Shown: positions 11,263 through 23,934 of the stretch, piece by piece
Layout of the letters: the number at the start of each line of letters is the position of its first letter
Numbering within the stretch: position 1 is the stretch's first letter
Source of the DNA: Octopus sinensis
Taxonomy: Eukaryota
DNA length: 64,000 nucleotides
Direction of reading: 5' to 3'
Assembly (NCBI RefSeq): GCF_006345805.1
Contig: NC_043000.1
Coordinates: 20,274,001 to 20,338,000 of the forward strand
Translations under genes and position numbers: made by a program
Notes under the pieces: generated by a model
Database searches by the model: none
Told to the model about the DNA's origin: nothing
What the model saw: the letters and a program-made list of their open reading frames with translations, nothing else

Positions 11263-14200
11263 CGACCGTCAAAATAATGGGCCGGACGTTGTACCTCATG
11301 TCCCGCAAAAAAAAACCAAAAGACGGAAATGGACACGTGAGGAATACATTTCTATTTTACACGCATACTTCACAGCAGTACTCTACCCAAAAAATGAAAA
11401 TACAACAACACATACATATAAAATATGGAAAGAAAATAATAGAGATATAGACTTGGATACAGCAATGAACCCTAATAAATTAGCTAACGTACGAAGATAC
11501 ATTCTCAACACAAAAAAAATATCAAAAATAGAAATAGAACACCTAAAAGAAAACATACACCAGGAAAATGTAGATAGAAGCCACACAACAATGCCCAATA
11601 ATATAAACACTGAAACTGTAAAACACGAAGACAAACGCAACATTCCCAACAAACACGATGTAAACAACGAAGGGGAGCCTAATGATTATGATAATATAAA
11701 AAATAAAATAATCAAAGAACTGAAAACCACAGAGCCCAAAATGGACCACCGACCATACCTCCCAAGAATCAAAATAAACAAAATAACAACACCTATTATA
11801 AACAGCATAAACCTAGCCGTCACTGAACTGCTAGCCACTGAATAAAAAAAAAGTGATATTACTGAGCTAAATAACCTAATATACGCAGCAGCCACTGCAG
11901 CCACAAACGAAGCTGGATACTCACCCAAACCCGCCCAAACAGGAGTACCACCACCCAAACAAACCCTGTGGATAAATAACATCCAAAGCAAAATAAAAAA
12001 AATTAGAAAAGACCTGTCGATTCTTAATGAAATCAGCAAACAATCAACGCTACTGAGCAACAAAAAGAGAACAAAAATACTCCGCAAATATAACATCACA
12101 GAGAAAGACTTGCCTGAAAAAAAAGAAAAGCTGAAGCAAGATATCCTTGCCAAAGCACAAAGGATCCGCCGGTACAAGAAACGCCAACGCTTCTTTGAAG
12201 AAAACAAAATTTCAACTCTAACCCTAAAAAGTTCTACCAAGAACTGGGAAAAAATAAAATAGAAGTCACTGCAGCACCAACGGCAGAAGAATTGGAAGAA
12301 TTCTGGGGAGGAATATGGTCGGCGAACGAACCACCAAAAAGAAAAAGGAGTATCAGAATAACAAACTCGGCATCTGAACAACTTTTGACCCCCATAACAA
12401 CTGAAGAGGTTACCCAGGCACTGCAAAGACTAAGCAACTGGAAGGCACCTGGGCATGACAAGATCCCCAACTTCTGGTTGAAATATCTAACAGGAATGCA
12501 CAAAAAGCTGGCTGAAAACTTTAACAACGTACTAGCAGAGCCAGAGACAATGCCTGAATGGCTCACGAAGGGGAAAACCATCTTAATTCCCAAATCAAAT
12601 GAAACAACAAAACCAGAAAACTACAGACCAATAACCTGCCTCCCTACTATGTTCAAGGCATTTACTGCAGTGATATCGCAAAGGCTGAACAAGCACCTGG
12701 ACGAAAACAAACTGTTCCCAGAAGAGCAGAAAGGATGCCGCAAAGGCTCATATGGCTGTAAAGATCAACTAATGATTAATAAAGCCGTAACTGAAGACAG
12801 CCACAGAAAGAAGAAAGGCCTCAGTATGGCCTGGATTGACTACAAAAAGGCGTTTGATAGCATCCCCCACACATGGATCCTCGAAACACTAGCCATTAAC
12901 AAAGTAGCACCAACAATCATAAAATTCATAGAGCACTCTATGAATAAATGGCAAACAGTCCTACACCTCCAAACAAAAGAGGGACTCATGAAAATCAAAG
13001 ACATCCCCATTAGAAGAGGAATATTCCAGGGAGACACGCTCTCTCCACTCCTTTTCTGCTTGGCACTGTCACCTCTATCTGATATGCTAAATAGAACTGG
13101 ATGCGGATATAAATGTTACGGCAAAACAATCAGCCACCTTTTATATATGGATGACCTAAAACTATACGCTGCAAATGACAAACAGCTGGAAACACTATTA
13201 AAGACAGTTCATGGATTTACCAAAGAAATAGATATGAAATTTGGATTAGAAAAATGCGCCAAAGTAACCCTGAAAAGAGGAAAACTAGTTAAGAGTAACA
13301 ACATCACACTAGATAAAACCAATGAAATAAAAGAATTAGACCAAAGCCAAACTTACAAATACTTAGGAATCCATGAACTAGATAAGACACAACACACACA
13401 AATGAAAGAGAAAATAAGAAAAGAATATTATAGACGAGTTAGATCAATACTAAACACAGAGCTCAATGCTAAAAACAAGATAATAGGTATTAACACTTTA
13501 GCTGTCCCAGTTATAAGTTACAGCTACAATATCCTTAACTGGACACGAAATGAACTGACCAAAATAGATAGGAAAACAAGAAAAATAATGACAGGATCTA
13601 GGATGCATCACCCAAAATCTGACATAGAAAGACTATATATACAACGTAGAGAAGGTGGTAGAGGCCTTATACAGCTGGAAAACTACTATAAAATAACCAC
13701 CATAGGACTGCAAAAATATCTACTTCAGAAGGAAGGAAAACTGATCGAGATAGCGGCAAAACACGAGCAAAACAAAAAACTGTTCTCAGTATTTAAGGAA
13801 GCTGACAAATACAAACAAGAAATCATACCACCTAATAAACACAAAGAAGAAGAAGAAGATGATGAAGAAACAACAAAAGCTATAAAACAAATGAAATCCA
13901 AACTAAAAATAGAACAGCAACGAGCCATGATAAAACGATGGAAAGAAAAGCCCCTTCATGGTAAATACTGCACTAAACTAAACGCAAAAGAAATAGACAA
14001 AGAAAAATCCCAGCAATGGTTGAGAAGCTTAGGACTCAAAGCAGAAACAGAGGGATTTTTAATTGCAGCACAAGACCAAAGCCTCCCCACCAGAAATTAC
14101 CAAAAACATGTAATGAAAAGAAATATTATAAGTAACTGCAGAATATGTGGAGATGGACAAGAAACAATAAATCATATTATCTCTAGCTGCCCAGTCCTGG

Positions 14201-14593
14201 CTAAGAAGGAATATATTCACAGACATGACAGAGTTGGAACCTACATACATTGGAAGCTATGCCAACATTATGGAATAACAACAGAAAAAAGATGGTATAG
14301 GCACACACCAGAAAAGGTCACAGAAAACGAGAAAGCAACCATACTCTAGGATATGCTGATACACGCAGATAGAGAAATTAGGGCCAACAGACCAGATATA
14401 GTTGTCAGAGATCATGAAGAAAAAAAATGCTTTCTAATTGATGTATCAATACCGGCAGATGACAACGTGTCTCTAAAAGAAAAGGAGAAACTCTCAAAAT
14501 ACAAAGACCTGGAAATAGAGGTAACTAGAATGTGGAACCTGAAAACAGAAACAATTCCTATCATAGTAGGTGCATTAGGCATGATAAAAAAAA
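11261..14593 (+). mobile_element. Near full-ORF R4/Dong-like retrotransposon, family A (N-terminal domain, RT, CCHC, RLE), disrupted
   Basis: KRRKWTREEY N-terminal motif, then a 685-aa RT ORF (12292-14349; WIDYKKAFDS, QGDTLSP, YMDD, CRIC..HIISSC..RHD); stop at 11843, frameshift near 12220, TGG>TAG at 14347; RLE in 14353-14652. Confidence 0.97.
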
Positions 14594-14880
14594 TTCAAAA
14601 GATAGTGCTCATGGAAACTGCTCATATCCTACGCAAAATACTTTCTATGTAATCTTAGGGTTTAAAACAAACACAATTTTCGTTTTTATTAAATTTTTTA
14701 TCTATTTTTTTGTATTATTTATTTTTGGGGGACATTCACTAGTATAACACCAAAAAAAAACCCCAAATATATGACACACTAGGCATAACAACAGCATGAA
14801 CTTCCAACCTGTTGTCTCTTGAGGTCTCTGGGTGAGACTTGGAGCCAACTTGTACAAATATAAAGCAAAAGTCAAACATA
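14593..14880 (+). mobile_element. Family C 3' end fused in-frame to the family A copy
   Basis: IQKIVLMETAHILRKILSM* and the family C UTR replace the family A terminus; followed by (TAA)n. Confidence 0.85.
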
Positions 14881-14909
14881 GAATTATAATAATAATAATG
14901 ATAATAACG

Positions 14910-14958
<49 letters not shown>

Positions 14959-17001
14959 GGATTGACTATAAAAAGGCCTTCGACAGTATACCGCATCCAT
15001 GGATCTTGAGATCGCTGGACATCTTTAAAATTTCCCCTGTGATTTCAAACTTCCTGAAGCACAATATGTCGTTGTGGAATACGAATCTCCAATTATACCA
15101 CTCTAATGGAGTACTTGCCTCAGAAAATATAAACATCAACTGTGGAATTTTTCAAGGTGACTCACTTTCACCTTTAATATTCTGCATAGCCCTAATACCC
15201 CTTACAAGTGAATTAAACAGAACAGGGTATGGGTATAAAATTGCCAATAAAAAAATAAGCCATCTATTTTATATGGATGACTTAAAACTTTGTGGTAAAG
15301 ACAATAATGAACTTGAAGGCCTATTGCGCACCGTGAAAGCATTCAGCGATGACATCGGGATGGAATTTGGACTTGAGAAGTGTGCCAAGGCCACTTTCCA
15401 GAAAGGGAAAGTGAAGACCACAAATTCAGTCGTGTTAGATGTTGACACAGTCATAAGAGAGCTTGAGCAAGAACAGACATACAAATATTTAGGGATAAAT
15501 GAAGGCTCTGGTATTCAGCATGCAAGCATGAAAGAGAAAATCAGGAAGGAATGTTATAGGAGAGTTCGTGCAGTCCTGAAATCTGAACTAAATGCACGTA
15601 ACAAGGTGTTAGCTATAAATTCCTTAGCAGTTCCAGTTGTTACTTATAGCTACAATGTGTTGAACTGGAATATGAGTGAAGTAAAGAATATAGATAGAAA
15701 AATACGCAAGCTGCTGAGTTGTAATAGGATGCACCACCCAAAGGCAGACGTAGATCGCCTTTACCTTCCCAGAGCCCAAGGAGGTCGAGGCCTGATCCAA
15801 TTTGAACTAGCTTACAAAACAACCACAATTGGACTGACCAAATATCTCGAAATATCGAATGACTGGATGCTAAAGCTCGTGGAAAATCACGAGAGACGAA
15901 AGAAGCTTCATTCTATCATCAAGGAAAGCCAAAAATTTGCTATTGATCTCGTGCAGGATACCCAAACTGAACAACCCGAGGGAAGTACGGCAACTATTGT
16001 TGCAAAGAAGGTGAAAATGATGGCAATGAAAAAAGCGCAAGAGCAATTGGCTGATAGGTGGGAGGAGAAACCTCTGCACGGCAAATATGTGACCCGCAGC
16101 AAACAAGCTGATGTTGACCAGAAGCAAACCCATCAGTGGCTGCGGAGCTCAGGGCTAAAAGCAGAGAGCGAAGGTTTCATCCTGGCTGCTCAAGACCAAA
16201 GCCTATCAACCCGGAACTACCAGGCCAATGTGATGAAAAATGGAGCAGACCCAAAATGCCGATTCTGCAACGACATGATTGAAACAGTGGACCACCTAAT
16301 CTCTGGATGTAAAGTCTTAGCACCAGTGGAGTATAAATTAAGACATGACAGAGTTGGCCAATATCTCCACTGGCTAATAAGTCGGCATTACAATATCAAA
16401 ACTGCCGACAAGTGGTATAATCACCACCCTGAGGCTGTAACTGAAGGAGAAAATGTAACCATTCTGTGGGACTTTCCAGTACATACAGACCGAACCATCA
16501 AGGCCAATAAACCAGATATTGTTGTGAAAGACCAAAACAATAAAGTTTGCTTATTGATCGACATGAGCATCCCCTGTGATCATAATATCTCAGCGAAAGA
16601 ATTTGACAAGCTCAGAAAATATAAAGACCTGCTCATTGAAATTGAGAAAATGTGGCATCTCAAGGCGGTTACAATACCAGTGATCGTAGGAGCACTAGGA
16701 ATGATCAAGAAGGGAACCGAAAATTATATGAGAATGATCCCTGGCTTACCATCCCTGCAAGAAGTGCAAAAGATTGTCTTAACTGGTACATCACACGTAT
16801 TGAGAAGAGCATTGTCGATGTGAGAACTGTTGCTGCTCATGTATTTTAATTTAACTTTAAAAAAAAAAAAAAAAAAAAATTGAACGAACTACTGAGTTTG
16901 GTTTAATGGCCTACAAATATACACTATGAGTTTCTTTGCCCTAGGAGTCGGGAAGACACTCGGCAAGAAATGGAAGAAAATTTGAAAGAAGGAAAAAAAA
17001 A

Positions 17002-17002
<1 letters not shown>
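14959..17002 (+). mobile_element. R4/Dong-like retrotransposon, family B, 5'-truncated, with uninterrupted RT-CCHC-RLE ORF to 16823
   Basis: About 620 open codons: IDYKKAFDS, FQGDSLSP, YMDDLKL, CRFC..HLISGC..RHD, KPDIV..IDMSIP..KY; 3' UTR; (TAA)n on both sides. Confidence 0.97.
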
Positions 17003-17053
<51 letters not shown>

Positions 17054-17070
17054 TAATAATAATAATAATA

Positions 17071-17103
<33 letters not shown>

Positions 17104-17104
<1 letters not shown>

Positions 17105-17372
17105 GGTACTGAAACCTATTTGAAAATGATACCAGGCTTACCATTCCAACAGGAAGTGCAAAGAATCATGTTCACCGGAATGACTCATGTACTGAGAAGA
17201 GCATTATCGCTGTGAATTTGTTTATATATTATTTTTTTTCTTTTAAATACATACTCTACCTATAAATTGGTGTGTGTAATCTGGGAATGCATACAATGAG
17301 CTTCTCTGCTCTAGGTGTACATTAATCACTCGGTGAGAAATGGAAGAAAATTTGATGAAAGAAGTGAAAAAA
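17104..17372 (+). mobile_element. 3' end of family E R4/Dong-like element
   Basis: Homologous to 10888-11186; (TAA)n-flanked. Confidence 0.85.
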
Positions 17373-17426
17373 ATAATGATAATAATAATAAAATTAATAA
17401 TAATAATAATAATAATGATAATAATG

Positions 17427-17462
<36 letters not shown>

Positions 17463-17475
17463 TAATAATAATAAA

Positions 17476-18030
17476 TGGCCTGATGCAGTACCAGGCAGTG
17501 GCTCTCATGGCTTCTGATCTTAACTGATTGGAAGTGTTATCATGTACATTGTTTTGTCTTGGTATAAAAGATGGGCTACAGCAAATATTCTGCTCAATAC
17601 CACAGATTTGCTTGTCAGTTGTTTGACCTTAACCAGTTGAGCATGTCCCTTAGTGGCTGACGATATGTGCATCTCTGATCATGAGCAGAAGTAGTGGGGG
17701 AGCATCATAGCCATGTGTTGAGAAGGATTCTTTGGGGTTTGAATAATTCACCTCTGGAAACATGGGTGTTTCATTCAACGTCCTTAAACAACCCTTATTC
17801 AGAGACCTTTTGAGCGGGATGGGTTACTCGATCTGAAGAAAATTCTAACTGGGCTCCACCTGCAAGGTCATGTGCTGTTTATCTTGATATGAGATCACCA
17901 TGTCGCGCACATATGGTTGTGATGCATGTGCCTGGTGTACCCTTATCAGACGGGTAGTCATGATGGGTATACTGGGCTTCGTATATTTTACCCCAGTGTC
18001 ACTTTGATGGCATGCTCTGCTCGCTCACTC
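17476..18030 (+). mobile_element. About 555-nt non-coding, (TAA)n-flanked retroposon-like element (longest copy)
   Basis: No long ORF; further copies at 18061-18208, 58714-58791 and 58814-59152, the last two sharing its 3' end ...ctcactc. Confidence 0.75.
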
Positions 18031-18060
<30 letters not shown>

Positions 18061-18061
<1 letters not shown>

Positions 18062-18208
18062 GGCCTGATGCAGTACCAGGCAGTGGCTCTCATGGCTGCT
18101 GATTTCATAGCCGTGTGTTGAAAGGAATTCTTAGAGGTTTGGATAATTCACCTTTAGAGACATGAGTGGTTCGTTCAACATCCTTAAACAATCCTTATTC
18201 AGGGACCT
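18061..18208 (+). mobile_element. Internally deleted copy of the 555-nt element
   Basis: Same 5' start tggcctgatgcagtaccaggc; skips about 180 nt. Confidence 0.75.
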
Positions 18209-18348
18209 TGACAGCATCCAAAAGGAGCTCAATATTCTTTTCTACTCTAAGCACAAGGCCAGAGCAATATTATGAAGGGTGACACCAGGGAACCCCGTGA
18301 AAAGTTGAAACACCTGTTTTATATGAATGACTTTAAAAACTTTTGATA

Positions 18349-18755
18349 GGTGCAAGAGTGGCTGTGTGGTAAGTAGCTTGTTTACCAACCACATGGTTCC
18401 AGGTTCAGTCCCACTGCGTGGCACCTTGGGCAAGTGTCGTCTACTATGGCCTTGGGCCGACCAAAGCCTTGTGAGTGGATTTGGTAGACGGAAATTGAAA
18501 GAAGCCCGTCGTATATCTGTATATGTGTGTGCGTCTATGTTTATCTCCCTAGCATTGCTTGACAACCGATGCTGGTGTGTTTATGTCCCCGTTATCTAGC
18601 GGTTTGGCAAAAAGATACCGATAGAATAAGTACTGGGCTTACAAAAGAATAAGTCCCAGGGTCGAGTTGCTCGATTAAAGGCGGTGCTCCAGCATGGCCA
18701 CAGTCAAATGACTGAAACAAGTAAAAGGGTAAAGAGTAAAGAGTAAAAGTAAGAG
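18349..18755 (+). mobile_element. tRNA-derived SINE family S1 (CORE-like central motif)
   Basis: A-box tggctgtgtgg, B-box ggttcagtccc, caccttgggcaagt motif, tail with gagtaaa repeats; many copies in the window. Confidence 0.9.
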
Positions 18756-19374
18756 TGTGCATGAAATAAAGGGTTTCAACAGTGCTGGTACTCTGAAAGG
18801 ATAGTGGGTTGGGGTTTGGGATTTATAACTGTGGTATATCGATCATGAAAAAAAAAGCAAAATATGGTCATCTGATGGTGTAGTTAGTCGATCAGATATT
18901 TAGACAGTTGACTAAAAATAAAGAAGTGATATTAAACCAATGTTTGTGTTGTTATTGGTGTAATGACCCTCCCAATACACATGATATAGTGTTGTTCTTG
19001 TTGTTTTAATTCAGATCAACATACTTATGTTTACAGCTGTTCTAGCCATGACCATCCTGTTCTTTAAGGCTATAAGACTATTATCTTCTCTACCTTCCTT
19101 TTTGAAGATAGTAGGAAGTAATTTGAGGAAGATTTGACAGTTATTTTTAGTTAGATAATTAAAAAAACAATAATAATTATTAATTTTAAAAGTTTTCTCG
19201 TTACTTTTTTTTAGATGGCAATGATATCAAATAAGGTGTGTGTAGCTTTTGGTTTAATTGTAATAATACTATTGCTTGGATACACATCAATAATAAAAAG
19301 TAAGTTATTTTATATTCTTTAATTTACTTTATAATTTTACATTCAATTTTTAATTTTATTTCATCTGGGCATGG

Positions 19375-19523
19375 CTATGTGATAAGAAGTGTACTTTCCA
19401 GCCTCATGGTTCTGTGTTCACTCCTAGTGTGTGATACCTTGGGTAAGTGTCTTCTATATTATAGCTTCGAGCTGACCTAAAACTTTGTGAGTGGATTTGG
19501 TTGACGGAAACTGAAAGAAGCCT

Positions 19524-19560
<37 letters not shown>

Positions 19561-19785
19561 GCATGTGTGTGTGTGTGTGTGTTTTTGTGTTTGTGTTGTC
19601 CACCATTTTTTGACAACTGATGTTGATGCTTACATCCCCCAACTCAGCAATTTTGCAAAAGAAACCAATAGAATAGGTACCAGATTTTTTAAAAAATGTA
19701 CTGGGGTTGATTTTTTTGACTAAACCCTTCAAAGTGGTGCTCCAGTATGGCAGCAGTTCAATAACTGATAAAAAAAAGATAAAAG
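19375..19785 (+). mobile_element. SINE S1, older diverged copy with central (TG)n
   Basis: Colinear similarity to 18349-18755. Confidence 0.8.
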
Positions 19786-20029
19786 AAACCCAAATATTTC
19801 AATATATCATTGCTTGTTTGTCTGCAAGAGAAATGAAATCCTTTGGTTGGAGTTACTCAATGCTCTGGATCACAGTGCCCTTGTAAAAGCTTATGCCCCA
19901 AAATATAAAGCAAAACTGAAATAAAATCTACAGTCAATAGGATTCAGTCCACATACAGGATTTTAAGGATTTTAATGCTATGAAATATAATGAAGCCTAA
20001 AGGAAAATCATTCTTTTATTCTTTTTCTT

Positions 20030-20222
20030 TTACTTGTTTCAGTCACTTATCTTCGATGATGCTGGAACACTGCCTTTAGTCAAAAAATTCAACCTCAGGA
20101 CTTATTCTTTGTAAGCCTAGTACTTATGCTATTGGACTCTTTTGCTGACCCGCTAAGTTATGGAGATGTAAACACTCCAAAATCGGTTGTCAAGCAATGG
20201 TGGAGGGACACAGACACACAAA
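20030..20222 (-). mobile_element. SINE S1 3' half
   Basis: Reverse complement of the S1 tail. Confidence 0.75.
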
Positions 20223-20232
20223 CATATATATA

Positions 20233-21509
20233 CAGGGGTCGGACAAAATAATGGAAACACCTAACATCATAGCATCATAATTTTGAAATATCTATATATA
20301 TCTCTCAAAAGCTTGTTCTTTTTAATGTTTTTTGATTTAATATTAGTGTTGCTTAATATGTTTTGCTAAAATTGCAGTTTCTTTTCAGATATCATCAGAA
20401 AAAGGTAATTAAAATTCATTAAAATGACAGCTCTATTGGACTTTCAAAGCGGTCAAATTGTTGGTGCTCGTATGGCAGGTGCTAGCATAAGGAAAACAGT
20501 GAAAATGTTTGGTGTATCAAGAAGTACTGTCTCGAAAGTAATGACAGCGTTTGAGAAAAAGGGAAAAACCTGCTTGTCGAAAGAGTACTCCAAAAGAAAA
20601 GCAAAACTTTCAGATAGAGACTGTCAGATCTTAAGCAAATTGTTAAAAAGGATCACAAAAGTACCGCTCTCAAAATTACCGCAGAGCTTAATGAACACCT
20701 TGAGAACCCAGTTTCCTCAAAAACTATTCGCTGGAAGCTGCACAAAGCCGGATTTCACAGGAGAGCTGCAATCAGAAAACTACTACTTTCAAAAACAAAC
20801 ATTGCAAAGCATTTAGAGTGGAGTAAAAACCTACAGAATTGGTCCCTAGAGCAGTGGAAGAATGCTATTTTCTTGGACAAATCATCCTTTATCTTATTTC
20901 CGACCACTGGCCAAGTATACATGTGGAAAAAGCCAAAAGAATCATTTGATCCAGAATGCCTTCTTCCAACTGTTAAACATGGAGGATGATCTGTGATGAT
21001 CTGGTGGGGGTATATCTTGGAAATCTGCCAACCCAATGGTTTCCCTGCATGGCAGAATTAATAGTCAAGACTATTTAAGTATTATATCTGATCAAATTCA
21101 TCCTATGGTTGCGAAACTGTTTCTGGAGGGAAACACAATCTTTCAGGATGATAATGCACCAATTCACACAGCTAAAGTTGTTACTGAATGGCACAAGGAA
21201 CATTCTAGTGAAGTTGAAAATCTTATCTGGCCACCACAGTCCCCAGATTTCAGTATTATTGAACGTTTATGGTGCATTTTAGAAAAATGAATAAGGAGTC
21301 GATGTCCTCCACCATCATCACTACAAGAACTAGAAACTGTTTTAGCTGAAGAATGGACAAAAATTTCTTTGGAAACAGTTCAAAAACTTTGTACAAGGCC
21401 ATACCTCAAAGAATTCAAGCTATAATTACTGCCAAAGGCAGTCCTATTCCATATTGATATAAATTTGTTTGAAATTTTGAGGTGTTTCCATCATTTTCTC
21501 CAACCCCTG
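20233..21509 (+). mobile_element. Tc1-like (DD34E) DNA transposon, both ends present, transposase frameshifted
   Basis: 30-bp TIRs CAGGGGT(C/T)GGA(C/G)AAAAT(A/G)ATGGAAACACCT with TA flanks; FQSGQIVGARMAG..VSRSTVSKV HTH, QDDNAPIH, WPPQSPDFSIIERLW. Confidence 0.93.
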
Positions 21510-21665
21510 TATATATATATATAAGTTTGGATTTATTCCCTAATATTATTATATATATATATATATATATATCACATGATCAGGCTATCAGATGTTGCTA
21601 CACATCACTGGTCACAATGCGCTTTGCATTGTTTTAGCCTTCGTATGATGCCACCCCGCTGGCTA

Positions 21666-21689
<24 letters not shown>

Positions 21690-21703
<14 letters not shown>

Positions 21704-21875
21704 ATGACAGGCTTCTTTCAGTTTCCAAATTCATTCACAAGGCTTTGGTTGGCCCAAGGCTATAGTAGAAGACATTTTCCCAAATTACCACATAGTGGAA
21801 CTGAACCCAGATCCATGTGGTCATGTGGTTGGGAAGCAAGCTTCTTATCACACAGCCACACCTGTGCCTATGTAT
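21690..21875 (-). mobile_element. SINE S1 5' half
   Basis: Reverse complement of the S1 head. Confidence 0.7.
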
Positions 21876-22163
21876 ATTTTCTTATGATCCATGGAAAATT
21901 TCTAATGCAACAATAAATTATATGAGATTTGTCTCAAGAAGCTACTTCAATAGTACTTAAAACACAGGAAAAATTGCATAAGCTCAACAGTTGATGCAAT
22001 CTTCAGAGAAATCCAAGAAAATCCAAGAAAATGTAACAGATTATTGACTGTAAGCTGAATATATACAAATTTAGAAAGAGCTAGATTAAACTGGTTATCT
22101 CTGACAAATATGTCTGAAGGAAACATGTATAAAGATTATTAGTATATCTACTTCACAACTATA

Positions 22164-22505
22164 GGGTTGTCTGGAAAGTTCATGCTGATTTTTAAAGGAA
22201 ATAAAAAGGTCAATAAATACTTGCCATTACATTTTTAATCAACCAAATATGAACCATTTTGTTGCACAATGCGTCTCCATCTTTCCTTTAACTTGAAAAT
22301 ACCCTCTTCCCAGAATTGATGTGGTTTCATGGCAAAGAATTCATCAAGGTATCTTTTTACATCATCCAAGGAATTGCAATTTTTATCATTAAGACTATTC
22401 TGCAGAGACCTGAATAAGTGGAAATCCGAAGGAGCAATATCTGGTGAATATGGAGGGTGGGGTAACACATCTCAGCCAAGCTGCAGCAATTTTTGTCTGG
22501 TTCCC
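22164..22505 (-). mobile_element. Mariner (DD34D) transposase C-terminal fragment with 3' end
   Basis: LPHPPYSPDIAPSDFHLFRSLQNSL..FWEEGIFKLKERW. Confidence 0.9.
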
Positions 22506-22844
22506 AAAGCATCAAGTGCCGAAAATGAACTTTCTTATCTTCCATTTTAAAGGGTTACAGAATTAACACAGGTTATAGGAACATAAACATTCTTCCACGA
22601 AAAGATAGCTTAAACTGTGCTCTGAATGGAAGTGTAGTCAATTCCTATTTTATGGACTCAACCATGTTCTAAAATAAGTCAAAAGGTAAGCTACTATAAA
22701 TTGGCACGAACTTCCCAGACAACCCAATATTACCTGCAGAATTTTGATATGATGTAGTTACAAGCCTTGTGGAGTTGTTACCAATAGAAGACAATATGGT
22801 TATGTAATTTGTGTAGTTTTTAGACATTCTTTTGCAGGTCATCA

Positions 22845-23125
22845 CCATCACCATCATTATTTAACATTTGTGTTCCATACTGGCATGGTTTAGACGTTTT
22901 GACCAGAGCTGGCAAGCTGGAGTGCTGCTCCAGGTTCCTGTCTGATTTGGCTTGGTTTCTATGGCTCGATGCCCTCCCTAACACCAACCACTTTACAGAG
23001 TGTGCTTGGGTGTTTTTATGTGTTATATTTTACGTGACACTGACATGGGTGTTTTCTGTGTGACACTGGCACAAATAATTTTTACATGACACCAGCATGG
23101 GTACATTTTGTGTGGCACCAGGATT
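22845..23125 (-). mobile_element. Degenerate RTE 3' tail fragment
   Basis: Reverse complement of ggttggtgttagggagggcatc.. and the (GAT)n tail; similar to 27100-27240. Confidence 0.65.
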
Positions 23126-23416
23126 CTGTAATATATGTTATATCACCAACAATGGTGCTAGTTAAGGCTGGAAAATTGCTGGAAGTTTTCAAAAAGTAAC
23201 AAATTTGAAGACAGAGACTATTACTACCCAGGAGTATATACAGACACCATATACAGGAGTTGCGAATCAAAATTATTCACTGCTAAAAAGTATCAGAATT
23301 ATTTGTATGAAATTTATAGCAGTTCAATTGAATAGTATTTACAAAGGACAAACCTGCTACACAGAGATTGAGATATAAATATCTACAATTATAATATAAA
23401 TTAAAAAATTCAAATA

Positions 23417-23934
23417 CAGGACTATTCAAAAAGAAAGAGCAGATTTAAAATTTATTTTTAAAACAAACAGTAAGAGACACAAACTCATTCTACATATTTC
23501 TTGATAGGGCAAGGTTTAAAGTTTATAGCAGAACATGATCAATTGAATTAAGCCTTAAATAAAATAATATTTTATTTTTGTATTAATATTTCATTTTGTT
23601 CATTCTATTTAAAGTTGTATAATTTTCATTTGTGTAATCCCTTAGAAAACGGCAACACCAAAAGAAAAGTCTTCTCGTGTGCTTCAGTTTGAGAAAAGCA
23701 AATCAATTGTGCAAATTCAACATGATTTTCACTGCCAATTCACAATATCCACAAATCAGCTGTTTCAAGTGTGGCAAGAAATAAACTACCATTTCGATGT
23801 TTGTCAAGCAACATATAGCTTAAAATAATCTTTAAACCTTCCCTTATCAAGAAATATGTAGAATGTGTTTGTGTCTCTTACCGTTAGTTTTAAAAATAAA
23901 TTTAAAATCTGCTCTTTCTTTTTGAATAACCCTG
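23417..23934 (+). mobile_element. Tc1/mariner deletion derivative (MITE) with about 110-bp TIRs
   Basis: caggactattcaaaaagaaagagcagattt.. pairs with ..aaatctgctctttctttttgaataaccctg; TA flanks; internal remnant ATPKEKSSRVLQFEKSKSIVQIQ resembles a mariner-type N-terminus. Confidence 0.8.

Noticed and set aside
11686-12426. 246-aa and other antisense ORFs over the Dong elements (also 15870-16133, 37374-37637, 51740-52219)
   Set aside because: Shadow ORFs caused by A-rich sense-strand or purine-skewed composition; no independent motifs.
17476-17560. HDV-like ribozyme at the 5' end of the 555-nt element or of the family A copy at 11261
   Set aside because: GGCCUG pairs locally with CAGGC, which does not fit the HDV nested-pseudoknot order; I could not thread P1-P4 by eye. 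An RNArobo or Infernal search would settle it.
18349-18425. tRNA genes at SINE heads
   Set aside because: A/B boxes are present but there is no complete cloverleaf, and each continues into a SINE body.
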